DNA of 32,000 nt from Haloquadratum walsbyi C23 (GCF_000237865.1 NC_017459.1:1650001-1682000), one strand, 5' to 3'; counted from the stretch's first letter, positions 1-8,895 are shown. The notes: generated from the letters alone by a model not told the origin. Numbers and translations are program-made.

Positions 1-152
1 GATTTCCTCCGGGGTGTCGAATGACGCGGGTTTAGCGACTCCCATCACCGACAGGAATGATCACGGCGGTAAAGACTTGCACTGATCACTATGAGTGCTA
101 GCAATCATATTGTCACGCTGACACAGGTATCAACGAGAGGATTTGCGTCCGC

Positions 153-380
153 TTATGACGAATCCAATCTAGGATGATTAATAAATAATGCATCTCCAAC
201 AACAATACCCCCAGCGAGTGAGGCAACGCCCATCGAGGCTATCTGAGATAATGTAAGTGCAATTGCACACGTAATGTATGTGATACATACGATAAGTGGG
301 ATTGCAATGAGAAGCTTGTCATAGATTGTCACTGAGAATGAGAATATAAGTGATCCAAATTGAGTGATCGGATCTAGCAT
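153..380 (-). CDS. small hypothetical membrane protein (75 aa)
   Basis: It is the only ORF covering this stretch. It has two hydrophobic segments (LLIAIPLIVCITYITCAIALTL and VASLAGGIVVG). No family was recognised. Confidence 0.3.
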   Translation of the reverse strand: MLDPITQFGSLIFSFSVTIYDKLLIAIPLIVCITYITCAIALTLSQIASMGVASLAGGIVVGDALFINHPRLDSS

Positions 381-480
381 TGTTTCTGTAATTATATCTC
401 ATTAGATGAAGCTTCATAAAATCACATCATTCATATCGATTGTACTTGATCAGGTATTCGCACCAATTTTCCTGATACTG

Positions 481-548
481 TTGGCTATAGTCACGCGAAG
501 GATTTCGGCACCCCGAGGTGTCGGAAATCTCCACGTAGTTATAGCCAA
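481..548. repeat. 68-nt imperfect palindrome (long hairpin) in a divergent intergenic region
   Basis: The outer arms ttggctata / tatagccaa are perfect. The inner arms are gatttcggcacc / ggtgtcggaaatc, containing one G-T pair, around a ccga loop. The core ccccgagg and the terminal word ttggct.atag recur in the MITE-like elements of this window. Confidence 0.6.
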
Positions 549-636
549 TAGTATGAAGGTATGATAAAATAAGTATGACATATTTGATTCATACATCTAG
601 AGGCAGCCTCTCTTTTATATATAACGTGGCGAGCTG

Positions 637-1002
637 ATGAGTGTCGCATCTCTTTTGAATACTCATTACACAGTACCATTGATGACAGAGATTGATTCGG
701 ATGCGCTCTTACCGAATGAACACGTAAAGAACGCTGTTCGTAATGAAGATATTACCCAACTGAGTCGCGGGGCGACAAATAAATATGCCTCAGAGGGTGA
801 CACGTTTTCTATCGATGAGGATGTATTCGTTATATCGAGTGTTGATGAACGGACACTTGGTGATTTAACAGATTTAGACGCTCAACGGGAAGGATCAGAG
901 TCACTGACAGCATATCGAGAACGGATGCAGCGTGTTCATACTGATGATTTTGAGTGGGATCCAACAAATAAAATTCTTACATATCAATTTGAGTCTGCCT
1001 AG
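637..1002 (+). CDS. hypothetical acidic protein (121 aa), possibly ASCH/PUA-like
   Basis: Clean ORF with the acidic composition typical of the host. An AT-rich TATA-like run (ttttatatata, 613-623) lies upstream. The C-terminal half only loosely resembles ASCH-domain proteins. Confidence 0.5.
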   Translation: MSVASLLNTHYTVPLMTEIDSDALLPNEHVKNAVRNEDITQLSRGATNKYASEGDTFSIDEDVFVISSVDERTLGDLTDLDAQREGSESLTAYRERMQRVHTDDFEWDPTNKILTYQFESA

Positions 1003-1038
1003 ACGTCTCAGATATCGAGTCGAATTACTTTTTCATAC

Positions 1039-1758
1039 TCATCCAAGCGTCTGACACCGCTCGATGAGTGAGCAATCATCAATAATAACACCGTCGACTG
1101 CTGTGGAGTGATCATCTCCACTAATCCTGGCTAACGCAGTCAGCGTTTCAGCGTCCTCAACAGTCCATGCGTTAACATACAGTCCTTGTTCATGAGCTGC
1201 GCTGACAATGTCGGTTTCGATACAAAGTGATGCTGAGGGATGAACTGCTGTACATCCGATTTTGATGGCACGCATGAGTGCATCCTGTGGGTCTGTTGCA
1301 AATAGTAATGCAACGTCTGTGAGACCCGCTGAGACAGCTGCAGTTAGTGCAGTCGGGGCAAATGATGAGACAATAACATCATGGTCAAACTGGTTAATAT
1401 ACATCACAACATCATCAATAACAGATGGCTCTTTCAGTTCAATGTGCAATGTAACGTCTGTAGATACTGTCTGAAAGACCTCCTGTAATGTTGGCACATG
1501 TGCAGTCGAACCCGCAACATGCACTTGTTGTAGTTCGGACACCGAGGTATCTGAAACAAGCCCATCAACATCGGTGACACGATCAAGTCTGTTATCATGT
1601 ATTACGACAGATTCGCCTGTTCCACAGCGACGGACATCAAATTCAACCGCACCGGCGCTGCTTCCAGCGTTTTGAAGCGCCCTGAGTGTGTTCTCTGGAT
1701 ATTGGTGTGGACAGCCGCGATGAGCGATTGGTTGCACGTGATTTGTGCTTGCCATCAT
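1039..1758 (-). CDS. glycerophosphodiester phosphodiesterase (GDPD family)
   Basis: The N-terminal signature is IAHRG..YPENTLRAL....GA..VEFDVR......VVIHD..LDRVT. The length of 239 aa is typical of UgpQ/GlpQ-type enzymes. Confidence 0.85.
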   Translation of the reverse strand: MMASTNHVQPIAHRGCPHQYPENTLRALQNAGSSAGAVEFDVRRCGTGESVVIHDNRLDRVTDVDGLVSDTSVSELQQVHVAGSTAHVPTLQEVFQTVSTDVTLHIELKEPSVIDDVVMYINQFDHDVIVSSFAPTALTAAVSAGLTDVALLFATDPQDALMRAIKIGCTAVHPSASLCIETDIVSAAHEQGLYVNAWTVEDAETLTALARISGDDHSTAVDGVIIDDCSLIERCQTLG

Positions 1759-1878
1759 ATATCATAATACCATCGCAACGTGAACGGCGACTTCTCCCGT
1801 CAGCTCGGCATCTCCGGCAACAGCTTACACAGGATATGTGATAATTATGAATGAGAGAATATGTCTGTCTTCAAAGAG

Positions 1879-2583
1879 CTACCATCCGATTGGCATCCGA
1901 TCTCGCCAGCATCGACCAGCAGGCGCGTTTGGTTTGAATCGTGCTAACCATGCTGGGGTATCTGCTCCCTCAGTTGGTGTCCGTGGTGCACCGGGTGTTG
2001 CGAGTTCAGTTTGCACCCAGCCAGGTCGGGCGGCGTTCGCAATGAGCCCTTCAGTTGCATATTCCCCATGAAGATATGCGGTAAATCCATTCAGTCCTGT
2101 TTTTGAAACACGATATGGCGGTGAGCCGCCATCCATCCCCGGACCGATTGCGCCAAGCCCAGATGAAAGGTTGACAACACGCGCACCCGCTTGCTCACGA
2201 AGTAGTGGAAGTGCATATTTTGTCAGAACAACTGGTCCACGAAGATTCACTGCAAATGTTTGATCAATCTCATCGATTGGTGCATCCTCAAGTGATGTCG
2301 TTGGTCCTCGCACGCCTGCATTATTCACGAGAATATCAAGTTGACCCTCAGCGTCATCGATTGTACTGATTGCTGACTCCATTTGCGTATCATCAGTGAC
2401 ATCGATTTCGATGGCGCGCTGATTGGACGCTGTGACTGTTTCTGGGCGTCGTGCACCGGCATACACCGTTGCTCCTTCCTCGGCAAGCATGCGGGCAATC
2501 TCAGCACCAATACCTCGATTTGCACCCGTAACCAGTGCAACCTGTCCCGATAATGAATCATATGTCTCGACTTTCATATACAA
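1879..2583 (-). CDS. short-chain dehydrogenase/reductase (carbonyl-reductase-like SDR)
   Basis: It has the Rossmann motif VALVTGANRGIGAEIA, an NNAG motif and the catalytic YRVSK (YxxxK). Confidence 0.85.
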   Translation of the reverse strand: MYMKVETYDSLSGQVALVTGANRGIGAEIARMLAEEGATVYAGARRPETVTASNQRAIEIDVTDDTQMESAISTIDDAEGQLDILVNNAGVRGPTTSLEDAPIDEIDQTFAVNLRGPVVLTKYALPLLREQAGARVVNLSSGLGAIGPGMDGGSPPYRVSKTGLNGFTAYLHGEYATEGLIANAARPGWVQTELATPGAPRTPTEGADTPAWLARFKPNAPAGRCWRDRMPIGW

Positions 2584-2625
2584 GAATTCGCTGCAATATG
2601 TCTGTATCTTGTGACACGCGATGAG

Positions 2626-4083
2626 TCAGGCAACGTGGACATTCGGGAAATATCTTCCATGGAAATCAAACGGCACAGCATGCGGGAGAGTAATTCGGGC
2701 GCGTTCGGCGAGTGTGTCACCAGACAGCACGAACAGCCGCGATCGATCTTGGTCAGCATCAAGTCCGAGTGTAAGAACAACGCCATCATCGCGTGAATTA
2801 CCAGTTGGATTGGGGACAAAAATTGGCTCACTAAAGTAATCAGCACCCTGTTGATATTCAATTGAATGTGTCGTGTGAGTGTCGAATTTCATCACTGCTT
2901 GAGCCCACTCTGTTACCGGTTGCTCCATGCTCATCGCGTAAATATAGCGATGTGGCTGACACCACTGCGCTGGTGATGCTGTCGGAAGGGCAGTTCCATC
3001 ATCATATAACATCTGCTGGCTGACTGTTGCAGTATGATTGCCATATCGGTCATCAGCTATCGACCCAAGATCGACAACAAACCGCTCAAGCCGACCGGCA
3101 AGCGTCCCCAACTCACCGTTACGCAGTGTATCAAGATATAATGAATCAATCGATGTATCATCAGGGACTGTCTCAAGATCAAATACCACCGTACGACCGC
3201 CATCTCGCTCGAATGCATTGATATGATGAAACCCAAACACTGGGTCAACAACAGGTTCAGCAACGATATCGCCGGTTGTTCGGTCAATGATGATGATTCG
3301 TGTCCCACGATCAGGTTCCCATTCAAACTGTTCAATAAATGGATCTTGACGACCCGGGCGTAGGAATTGGAGTGGGTCAAGCCGGAGTGGAAATTCTGTC
3401 AGAATAACATATCGAGGTGTGAGACCGAAGCTATGCATATATGCTGGTTTCTCAGTGGGGACACTCCCGACATGCGTCTGTGAATCAGTGCTATCGAGTG
3501 TATAAATATGATATTCATTCGTCCGACCAAATGATGTATCGACAGTCAGGAGTGTCCCTGTTGCTGGGTCACGTCGGAAATGTGCACATCGTAACTGCCC
3601 GGTTGGTTCTGTGCCATCATATTCAATGTGCCCATCTGTTTCGAGTGTTGTTGGATCGACTGAGACGCTTCGGGGCGATTCAGTAAGAGCAAGGAATGTA
3701 TTGTCAACACGTTCGATAATAATATTTGTATTATCATATGGCGCTGTCAGAAATCCAGCGAGACGCGATCGAAGTGTTGTTTCACCGGTTGCGAACCCCC
3801 CGGTAAACTCTCCTTCGCGGGCATCCGCGTATGCATCTGTTCGGAGAAATCGGTTCTGATAGTGAATTACATCATCTGCGCCATTCACAGGCTCAAAAGT
3901 AAATCGCGTGAGCATTGCAAGCCCATCGAACCAATGATCAACTGAGCTTCCCTCGGGGAATGAAAATGCCCCTGGTCCGTTTCGAATGAGTGTTCCAGTG
4001 AGCCATGATGGGAGTGACCCCTCAACTGATATTGACGTATCCGTTTCGGTTGTGAGTGAGTGAAATCCCGGATGCGTCGACAT
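2626..4083 (-). CDS. carotenoid oxygenase family protein (RPE65/CCD/lignostilbene dioxygenase fold)
   Basis: All four iron-ligand His contexts are present: CAHFRRDP, MHSFGLTPRY, FGFHHINAFE and FDFHGRYF. The ORF-track start at 4125 is TTG, so I prefer the ATG at 4083 (MSTHPGF...). Confidence 0.85.
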   Translation of the reverse strand: MSTHPGFHSLTTETDTSISVEGSLPSWLTGTLIRNGPGAFSFPEGSSVDHWFDGLAMLTRFTFEPVNGADDVIHYQNRFLRTDAYADAREGEFTGGFATGETTLRSRLAGFLTAPYDNTNIIIERVDNTFLALTESPRSVSVDPTTLETDGHIEYDGTEPTGQLRCAHFRRDPATGTLLTVDTSFGRTNEYHIYTLDSTDSQTHVGSVPTEKPAYMHSFGLTPRYVILTEFPLRLDPLQFLRPGRQDPFIEQFEWEPDRGTRIIIIDRTTGDIVAEPVVDPVFGFHHINAFERDGGRTVVFDLETVPDDTSIDSLYLDTLRNGELGTLAGRLERFVVDLGSIADDRYGNHTATVSQQMLYDDGTALPTASPAQWCQPHRYIYAMSMEQPVTEWAQAVMKFDTHTTHSIEYQQGADYFSEPIFVPNPTGNSRDDGVVLTLGLDADQDRSRLFVLSGDTLAERARITLPHAVPFDFHGRYFPNVHVA

Positions 4084-4196
4084 ACAATGGGTATGATTCC
4101 AAGCGGCTAACACCTGTTGATGCAATGATTAATGATTGATGGGATTCTGATGAGCATCACTTCGAACTCTTGGTATCGACATCATCGCTTTTGTTT

Positions 4197-4262
4197 GTGT
4201 CTGTATCTGTATCTGGATCTCGACCTTGACCTCGATCTGGATCTGAATTTGAATCTAGATCT
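4197..4262. repeat. degenerate hexanucleotide tandem repeat, 11 units (consensus GRATCT)
   Basis: The units are gtgtct gtatct gtatct ggatct cgacct tgacct cgatct ggatct gaattt gaatct agatct. The repeat fills the spacer between the guaB stop and the oxygenase start. Confidence 0.8.
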
Positions 4263-5760
4263 AGTTTCCTTTTGGACTGTAATTCGGCGCTTCATCAGTT
4301 ATCATAACATCGTGAGGATGACCTTCAGTCTGCCCAGCGCTTGAAACCCGGACAAACTCCGAACGCTCTTTGAATCCAGGGAGCGTTTCAGCTCCGACAT
4401 ATCCCATTCCAGAGCGCATCCCGCCAACGAGTTGATACAGCTCCGATGCGAGTGTTCCTTTATACGGCGTTGCTGCTTCTACCCCTTCAGGAACGAACTC
4501 GTCATCCTCATCAGCTTCTTTCAAATATCGGTCACCACCGCCTGATTTCATCGCACCAACGGAGCCCATCCCACGATATTGTTTGTATTTCTTTCCGTTC
4601 ATCGTAATAACACGCCCCGGAGCCTCATCGGTTCCTGCAAAGTATGAACCAAGCATCACGGCGTCCGCACCAGCAGCAATCGCCTTAATTGCATCGCCAG
4701 AGTACCTGATTCCACCATCAGCAATCACTGGAATCCCTGCTGGGGCAGCAACATCCGCAACCTCTGCAATAGCTGTAATCTGCGGCATCCCCGCTCCAGA
4801 GACAACACGGGTCGTACAGATTGACCCAGGTCCAATACCAACTTTCAGTCCATCAGCAAAATCAACAGCGGCTTCAGCTGCTTCTCGAGTTCCGATATTT
4901 CCGACAACAACATCAGCCCCAACGGTTGTTTTGATTTCACGGGCATTATCGAGCACATTGAGATTGTGGGCATGTGCGCAATCGATAAACAGAATATCAG
5001 CACCAGCCTCATCAGCAGCCACTGCACGATCAGTCTCAAACGGACCAACAGCCGCTCCAACGCGAAGACGCCCATCATCATCCCGGATTGCATCTTCATG
5101 TTGGCGCCGCTGGAGGATTCCCTGCATGGTAATAAGCCCAACAAGACGATTTGATTTGTCAACAAGTGGGACACGCTCAATTTTATGATCATACATTAAC
5201 TCAAGCGCATCGCGAGCATCGACAGTGAGTGAGGCTGTCACCACCTCATCGGTCATTGCCTCACTGACAGCGTCTGAATCGCCAACCTCAAGATATGGGC
5301 GAATATCTGTTCCAGAGATAATTCCCAAGACGGTATCATCACCATCCACAACAGGCGCCCCCGAAACACCCTCACGCTCCATCATCGCATCAACCTCACG
5401 GACGGTCTGTGTTGGACTTGCGGTTATAACGTTCTCACGACGGATGACCAATTCATCAGCACGTTTGACCTGTTCAATCTCAGCAATCATCTGTGGTGTG
5501 TCCATATTCCGATGTAGGACACCTAACCCTCCCTCGCGAGCCATTCCAATTGCTGTTCCACTCTCTGTTACAGTATCCATTGCTGCGGAAACAATCGGGA
5601 TGTTTAATTCAACATTTCGTGAAACCCGGGTTGAGACATCTGCAGCATCGGGTTCAACCCGACTCTCCATCGGTCGTAAGAGCACATCATCAAATGTAAG
5701 TGCTTCAGGCACCCGTAATTTCTCAGAAAACTGCCCTCCCTCAGAAACGTTCTTCTCCAT
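4261..5760 (-). CDS. guaB: inosine-5'-monophosphate dehydrogenase
   Basis: The N-terminus is [10 protein letters not shown], there is a CBS pair region, the catalytic loop is [11 protein letters not shown], and the C-terminal part contains GGIRYSGD and YRGMGS. I place the start at the ATG at 5760 (MEKNVSEGG...) rather than the upstream extension to 5826. Confidence 0.95.
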   Translation of the reverse strand: MEKNVSEGGQFSEKLRVPEALTFDDVLLRPMESRVEPDAADVSTRVSRNVELNIPIVSAAMDTVTESGTAIGMAREGGLGVLHRNMDTPQMIAEIEQVKRADELVIRRENVITASPTQTVREVDAMMEREGVSGAPVVDGDDTVLGIISGTDIRPYLEVGDSDAVSEAMTDEVVTASLTVDARDALELMYDHKIERVPLVDKSNRLVGLITMQGILQRRQHEDAIRDDDGRLRVGAAVGPFETDRAVAADEAGADILFIDCAHAHNLNVLDNAREIKTTVGADVVVGNIGTREAAEAAVDFADGLKVGIGPGSICTTRVVSGAGMPQITAIAEVADVAAPAGIPVIADGGIRYSGDAIKAIAAGADAVMLGSYFAGTDEAPGRVITMNGKKYKQYRGMGSVGAMKSGGGDRYLKEADEDDEFVPEGVEAATPYKGTLASELYQLVGGMRSGMGYVGAETLPGFKERSEFVRVSSAGQTEGHPHDVMITDEAPNYSPKGN

Positions 5761-5950
5761 GTAAACGGTCAACAGGGAATCGACAAAAACATTGCGAGAA
5801 TCAATACACTTGTGTATTGCTGGCATACCGCGTCAATTACACGAATCTGTACCTACAGTACTACTACTATTGATGGATCAACCTCAATTCTGATACCATG
5901 CCGTTGTATCTCACACAAACATTAAACCAATCAGTCAACGTATTGTACAT

Positions 5951-6217
5951 ATGGACTCCACGTGTCCCGCTGCATCGTGTATCGCCAGCCAGTCAAGCGA
6001 CGACTTTGGTGAGGCATTTAATACAACATTTACACAGATGTGGGACACACTCAAGCGGACAAATCGAATGCTGCTATCAACACTGACAACAGCATTTGTT
6101 CGTGGCGGATATGGAGTGCGCGGGCGATCGTCCGGTGTCGGGTCTGCACTTATATCAGAAGACCTGCATCCGGGTGACCGTCGGTATCGCCGGTTGGCCG
6201 ATGGTGACGGCCATTAA
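5951..6217 (+). CDS. hypothetical protein (88 aa), weakly supported
   Basis: It is the only sizeable ORF in a 397-nt gap whose 3' half looks more GC-rich than the AT-rich spacers elsewhere. It ends 7 nt before the next gene. There is no recognisable motif and its composition is less acidic than its neighbours. Confidence 0.25.
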   Translation: MDSTCPAASCIASQSSDDFGEAFNTTFTQMWDTLKRTNRMLLSTLTTAFVRGGYGVRGRSSGVGSALISEDLHPGDRRYRRLADGDGH

Positions 6218-6223
6218 TTCCGA

Positions 6224-7225
6224 ATGAGTGTTTCACGACATCCGGTTGCGCTTCGTCTTGAGCAACAGGTAGGAAGTGCAACCCGGCTTTTAGCGACCGT
6301 TATGGCGCTCCCACTGGTTGATGGCATCTTTCCGGCATTAATTATTGCTGGTGCGCTTGATAGTCCGCTTGGCATTCTCGAAACCGGGCTATTGATATTT
6401 GGGGGCTCAGCGACTGTTGCAGTCATCCTTGCAGAAATGGATGGCTCTCGTCGAGAACAGGTTCGCTCAGTGCTTATCTTGGGCGCAATATTACTGCCAG
6501 TCGCTGGAGTTGAGGCGTTATTCGCTGAAACATTGAAATCAGTACTTGACTTTGCTGTCTTCCATCGATTTGCTGGATTGGTCATTCTCGCTGTCGCTGC
6601 AAAAACAGCCTCCGCGAAGGTTGGTGAGTACCTCCCCTCCTCAAGTATCATCATTGGTCTTGGATTAGTCGCGAGTGTCGATCTTAATAACGCATCACTC
6701 ATTATCGATCCAAACATTGAGACAATTGCACAGGCAGTCGCCGCCGCCGGCGTTGGTGTTGGGTTTGCGCTGATTGTTGCACTCTTTGCGCCACGTCTTC
6801 GAGGCGTCGTCGAACTTGATCGTTTCCGGTTTGGAAGTTCGGTTGCGTTAGGGATGCTTGCACTTGATGTATTGGGGCTACTTCCAACGGAAGCACCAGT
6901 TGCTCTTGGCGTTCTCTGTGTGACCGCAGTCTTTGCATATGATCCTGATAGTCCAACTGTCGGAAACTCTGTAGCAGCTGCTGGTCATGCAGTCGGCAGT
7001 GACCGACCGGAGACGACTGCTTCCGAGACGGTTCCATCATCATCATCACCATCTGAGTCAACTCCAGGTTCAACCTCGAGTGTTGGAACGAAGAGTAACA
7101 TCGCAGCATCAGTTGATAATGTCGAACGTGAGTCTCATACAGCGGATACAGAGTCAGACTCGGATTCTGGAGAGACTGGATATGGATTCCCAGACGATAG
7201 CGATTCGCATGCACCATGGCTCTGA
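6224..7225 (+). CDS. integral membrane protein with an acidic Ser/Asp/Thr-rich C-terminal tail
   Basis: About 230 aa of repeated hydrophobic helices are followed by about 100 aa of low-complexity tail (SSSSPSESTPGSTSS...DTESDSDSGE). No family name is asserted. Confidence 0.6.
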   Translation: MSVSRHPVALRLEQQVGSATRLLATVMALPLVDGIFPALIIAGALDSPLGILETGLLIFGGSATVAVILAEMDGSRREQVRSVLILGAILLPVAGVEALFAETLKSVLDFAVFHRFAGLVILAVAAKTASAKVGEYLPSSSIIIGLGLVASVDLNNASLIIDPNIETIAQAVAAAGVGVGFALIVALFAPRLRGVVELDRFRFGSSVALGMLALDVLGLLPTEAPVALGVLCVTAVFAYDPDSPTVGNSVAAAGHAVGSDRPETTASETVPSSSSPSESTPGSTSSVGTKSNIAASVDNVERESHTADTESDSDSGETGYGFPDDSDSHAPWL

Positions 7226-7470
7226 GCGTGAAGTCAGTAATGATCTGTTCACGTACCTCCATATTCTAGTTCAGTGTAATTCATGACAATATACTGAAAC
7301 TAATATGTAGGGAGTGAAGAATTCGAATAAATTATACAGACGACTGTATCAAACATGAGTATATCATCCTCTTGATACAATCAGAAAGCATCATAACCAC
7401 ACTCAACCAATCAGAGCGTTGGCGTAGATCACTTTTCAGGAGACACGACGGACTTACATCGTTTGATATC

Positions 7471-7704
7471 ATGCACTATCGTATGAGCAACCGTGTCGTC
7501 GAGGGCCGAATGGTGACGCCAGAACGTCTTGCAGAGCTCGTTGAAGGTGAACGTCCACTTGAAGCTGAGCCGATCGAAGACGCTGATCGCTCTTGCCCAG
7601 AATGTGATGAAAATGTTATTTCTGTTGGGTATATGCCGAGCGTTACTGAGTTTGTTACTGCATATAAATGTCAAGAGTGTTCATGGTCTGACACGGACCG
7701 ATGA
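7471..7704 (+). CDS. small zinc-finger protein (CPxC...CxxC)
   Basis: CPECD and CQECS pairs lie 24 residues apart in an acidic ~77-aa protein. The ORF-track start at 7372 is TTG, so the ATG at 7471 or 7483 is more plausible. Confidence 0.55.
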   Translation: MHYRMSNRVVEGRMVTPERLAELVEGERPLEAEPIEDADRSCPECDENVISVGYMPSVTEFVTAYKCQECSWSDTDR

Positions 7705-7777
7705 TCGCTGAGACGATGCGTCATTTATAATCGTAACCACTTTAGGCAGCATCAGTTTATACTAATTTGCTGACTGG

Positions 7778-7956
7778 GGGGTCGTGGCCAAGCCCGGTAT
7801 GGCGACTGACTCCAGAGGCAGACCGCCCGGTGACGATACTCCAGACTGATATACCGAGCGATCAACTGATCATTGATCGCAGTGACGACCCTCTGGGGTA
7901 CCGAGGCGCGAACCGGAGATATCAGTCGATCGGGGGTTCAAATCCCTCCGACCCCA
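7778..7956 (+). tRNA. tRNA-Trp (anticodon CCA at 7812-7814) with a 105-nt intron (7816-7920) after position 37
   Basis: The acceptor arms are GGGGTCG/CGACCCC, the D arm is GCCAAGCCCGGTATGGC, the anticodon stem is ACTGA/TCAGT with loop CTCCAG|A, and the T arm is GGGGGTTCAAATCCCTC. CCA is not encoded. This architecture matches the known intron-containing haloarchaeal tRNA-Trp. Confidence 0.9.
7816..7920 (+). ncRNA. box C/D-type guide RNA embedded in the tRNA-Trp intron
   Basis: There are two GTGACGA boxes (7830-7836 and 7882-7888), each followed by a guide and a CCGA box (7854-7857 and 7901-7904). Guide 2 (7889-7900) pairs with 7809-7818 and puts its 5th nucleotide upstream of the box opposite C34. 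Guide 1 (7844-7852) pairs with 7919-7927 and puts its 5th nucleotide opposite U39. Confidence 0.75.
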
Positions 7957-8145
7957 TAATAATTCTCTGTGTCGACTTCATCATATAGCATTGCTAGTAA
8001 GGTATATTTGTATCTGAGGATAATATTAAATCTGGTTTATCATTCTTCCTGTGATGGCATGTTACCGTGCGATATATTCCAGAAATGTCAATTTATGCAT
8101 ATTCATCATAAGTTCTATTATTTTTGATTTTCATAATGTGGCACA

Positions 8146-8289
8146 ATGCTAGACGCAGAATTTGAGGCATGTGTTGAGTGTGGAAACCTGCATATGGAAG
8201 GTGGATCTGCACCGAATGACGTTGATGAGTGCGCTGTCTGTGGAGGGCACGTTTCTGAGATTGAGATTGATGATCTCATTGGATTATAG
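8146..8289 (+). CDS. small zinc-finger protein (47 aa), below the ORF-track cut-off
   Basis: My own translation is MLDAEFEACVECGNLHMEGGSAPNDVDECAVCGGHVSEIEIDDLIGL*. It has two CxxCG pairs and an acidic composition, like the haloarchaeal small CPxCG-type proteins. Confidence 0.45.
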   Translation: MLDAEFEACVECGNLHMEGGSAPNDVDECAVCGGHVSEIEIDDLIGL

Positions 8290-8340
8290 ACAGGGAGAAA
8301 CTGTCGAATGAATATTTGACCGTATCACATGTCGTATTGA

Positions 8341-8895
8341 TTATAAGATGAGAACCCCGCGGTCAGTCTGATACTCTGCCTCAGTTGCTGACTGGGGTTC
8401 CCACATATACGTGTTCCCGTAGCCTTGTTTCGGTTCATTATCAACCAGCATCACGTTGTATGCATGGCTATTCTTCGTATCAATCATTACACCAACTGAA
8501 TTAATGAACGGATTCATTCGAGTGAATGAGTCTCGAAGATCAAACGCAAAATTATCGCAGTCGTATCGATTATGTTCATAGACTTGACTGAGTTGCTGAT
8601 GGAACAGATTTGCATATAGTTTTACTGTCCGGTATGACGTCGGAATGCGGTATTCTGTATCTGGACCAATATGATAAATTCCATCACTCGGTTGTTCCCA
8701 GTACCGCGGGAGTGCATTATCTAGGGTTTGTTTTATCCAGGCGATATCTCGTGTTACCGTCTCAACTGACAATATCTTATCAAGAGTGATTTCAGATTCT
8801 GTCTGCTCAAATATCTCCGCTGACTCAGACGAGAGGAATGGTGATGACATAGCTGTTGCAACCCCGATACTACTCAAATAATTCCGGCGGAGCAT
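8341..8895 (-). CDS. Tat-signal secreted protein with a transglutaminase-like (papain-fold) Cys-His-Glu arrangement
   Basis: The N-terminus MLRRNYLSSIGVATA looks like a twin-arginine signal. The single Cys sits in YDCDNFA (the CxxFA pattern of the TGase core), followed by SHAYNV and then WEPQ at compatible spacing. Confidence 0.55.
   Translation of the reverse strand: MLRRNYLSSIGVATAMSSPFLSSESAEIFEQTESEITLDKILSVETVTRDIAWIKQTLDNALPRYWEQPSDGIYHIGPDTEYRIPTSYRTVKLYANLFHQQLSQVYEHNRYDCDNFAFDLRDSFTRMNPFINSVGVMIDTKNSHAYNVMLVDNEPKQGYGNTYMWEPQSATEAEYQTDRGVLIL

Noticed and set aside
1-45. A possible minus-strand gene start at 45 (MGVAKPASFDTPEEI...) running off the left edge.
   Set aside because: Only 15 codons are visible, which is too little to call.
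4197-4262. Checked whether any of the short tandem repeats (4197-4262, 19963-19990, 27274-27297, 27878-27901) could be a CRISPR array.
   Set aside because: The units are 6-7 nt and contiguous with no spacers, so they are microsatellites. No repeat-spacer architecture exists anywhere in the window.
4583-5764. Long plus-strand ORFs (4583-5188, 201 aa; 5225-5764, 179 aa) inside the guaB locus.
   Set aside because: They are antisense to an unambiguous IMP dehydrogenase. Their Ala/Ser/Thr/Pro/Arg-rich low-complexity translation is typical of the reverse frame of acidic haloarchaeal genes.
6214-7262. Minus-strand ORFs 6214-6717 (167 aa) and 6702-7262 (186 aa).
   Set aside because: They are antisense to the membrane protein at 6224-7225. 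Their basic, Arg/Ser/Gln-rich composition is unlike the host proteome.
7767-7988. A 73-aa plus-strand ORF.
   Set aside because: It lies entirely over the tRNA-Trp gene and its intron.
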